In this document: piece after piece, positions 63,608 through 64,000 of the stretch
Layout: every line of letters begins with the position of its first letter
How positions within the stretch are numbered: position 1 is the first letter of the stretch
NCBI GenBank assembly: GCA_028534125.1
Contig: CM052816.1
Location: 64,482,001-64,546,000, forward strand
Reading direction: 5' to 3'
From: Lama glama
Lineage: Eukaryota
DNA: 64,000 nt
Notes under the pieces: model-generated
Told to the model about the DNA's origin: nothing
The model's input: only the letters and a program-made list of their open reading frames with translations
The model's database searches: none
Program-made: the position numbers and the translations under genes

Positions 63608-64000
63608 ATGAAAAACAGTATGGAGGTTCCTAAAAAACTAAAAATAGAGTTACCATATAATCCAGCAATCCCATTCTTGGGCACATATTCAGAAAAGACA
63701 AAAACTCTCATTCAAAAAGATATATGTACCCCAGTGTTCACAGCAGCACTGCTTACAAGAGCTAAGACATGGAAGCAACCTAAGTGTCCATCAACAGATG
63801 AATAGATAAAGATGTAGTGCATATATACAATAGAATATTGAATGAAATAATGTCATTTGCAGCTACTTGGATGGACATAGAGAATATCATACCAAGTGAA
63901 GTAAGTCAGAGAAAGACAAATATTATATGATGTCACAAATGTGGAATCTAGAAAATAGTACAATGAACTTATTTATAACAGAAACAGACTCACAGACATA
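63608..64000 (+). mobile_element. L1 3' fragment in NDUFAF2 intron 1 (runs off the window)
   Basis: KKLKIELPYNPAIPFLGTY...AKTWKQPKCPSTDE (ORF2 C-terminus). Confidence 0.93.

Larger units (their letters stand above)
1..64000 (-). other. NDUFAF2: NDUFAF2 gene, partial (part of intron 1, exon 2, intron 2, exon 3, intron 3, start of exon 4)
   Basis: Three minus-strand exons with canonical AG/GT boundaries splice in frame (phases 1/1/0) into a peptide matching the mammalian NDUFAF2 core as recalled (REKRIVEAAN..DYE.GDIP.EWEAWIR.TRKTPPT..EILKN...PPVQTQIKGHA). Intron 2 = 41598-63123, intron 3 = 141-41556. Confidence 0.97.

Noticed and set aside
1..64000. A novel multi-gene or prokaryote-type system (defence island, operon, retron, NUMT)
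   Set aside because: Apart from a few unassigned patches, the window is explained as introns of one mammalian gene plus known repeat classes. I saw no long intact ORFs, arrays or mitochondrial-like sequence.

Overview
AT-rich, CpG-depleted mammalian genomic DNA, almost certainly camelid (a Vic-1-type tRNA-derived SINE and lineage-typical young L1 3' ends are present). The whole window lies inside the minus-strand gene NDUFAF2 (mimitin/B17.2L, mitochondrial complex I assembly factor). It contains exon 2 (63124-63213, 90 nt), exon 3 (41557-41597, 41 nt) and the 5' part of exon 4 (140 to the window edge), which splice in frame to ...GQIIREKRIVEAANRREIDYEVGDIPAEWEAWIRKTRKTPPTSKEILKNVKYREEIKMKSKDIYEEEKLLDEESNKELLAPPVQTQIKGH... 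None of these exons appears in the supplied ORF track, whose ORFs are L1 debris, N-gap artefacts or chance. The two introns (about 21.5 kb and 41.4 kb) are filled with L1s of several ages, L2, MIR, MaLR/ERVL LTRs and hAT/Tc-mariner MITEs. I found no evidence of a new multi-gene system. The best leads are (1) a probable L1 3' transduction with 5' inversion inside one 17-bp TSD, (2) a GTAAG-GTAAG duplicated donor at exon 3 that changes the usual PPTME motif to PPTSK, (3) a SINE/L1-tip chimera and two ~30-40 nt L1 micro-insertions with TSDs, (4) an L1 lacking ORF2, and (5) an unidentified retrocopy-like insert. Repeat subfamily names and ortholog comparisons come from my recall of consensus sequences, not from a search. 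Repeat boundaries are approximate unless TSDs are given.
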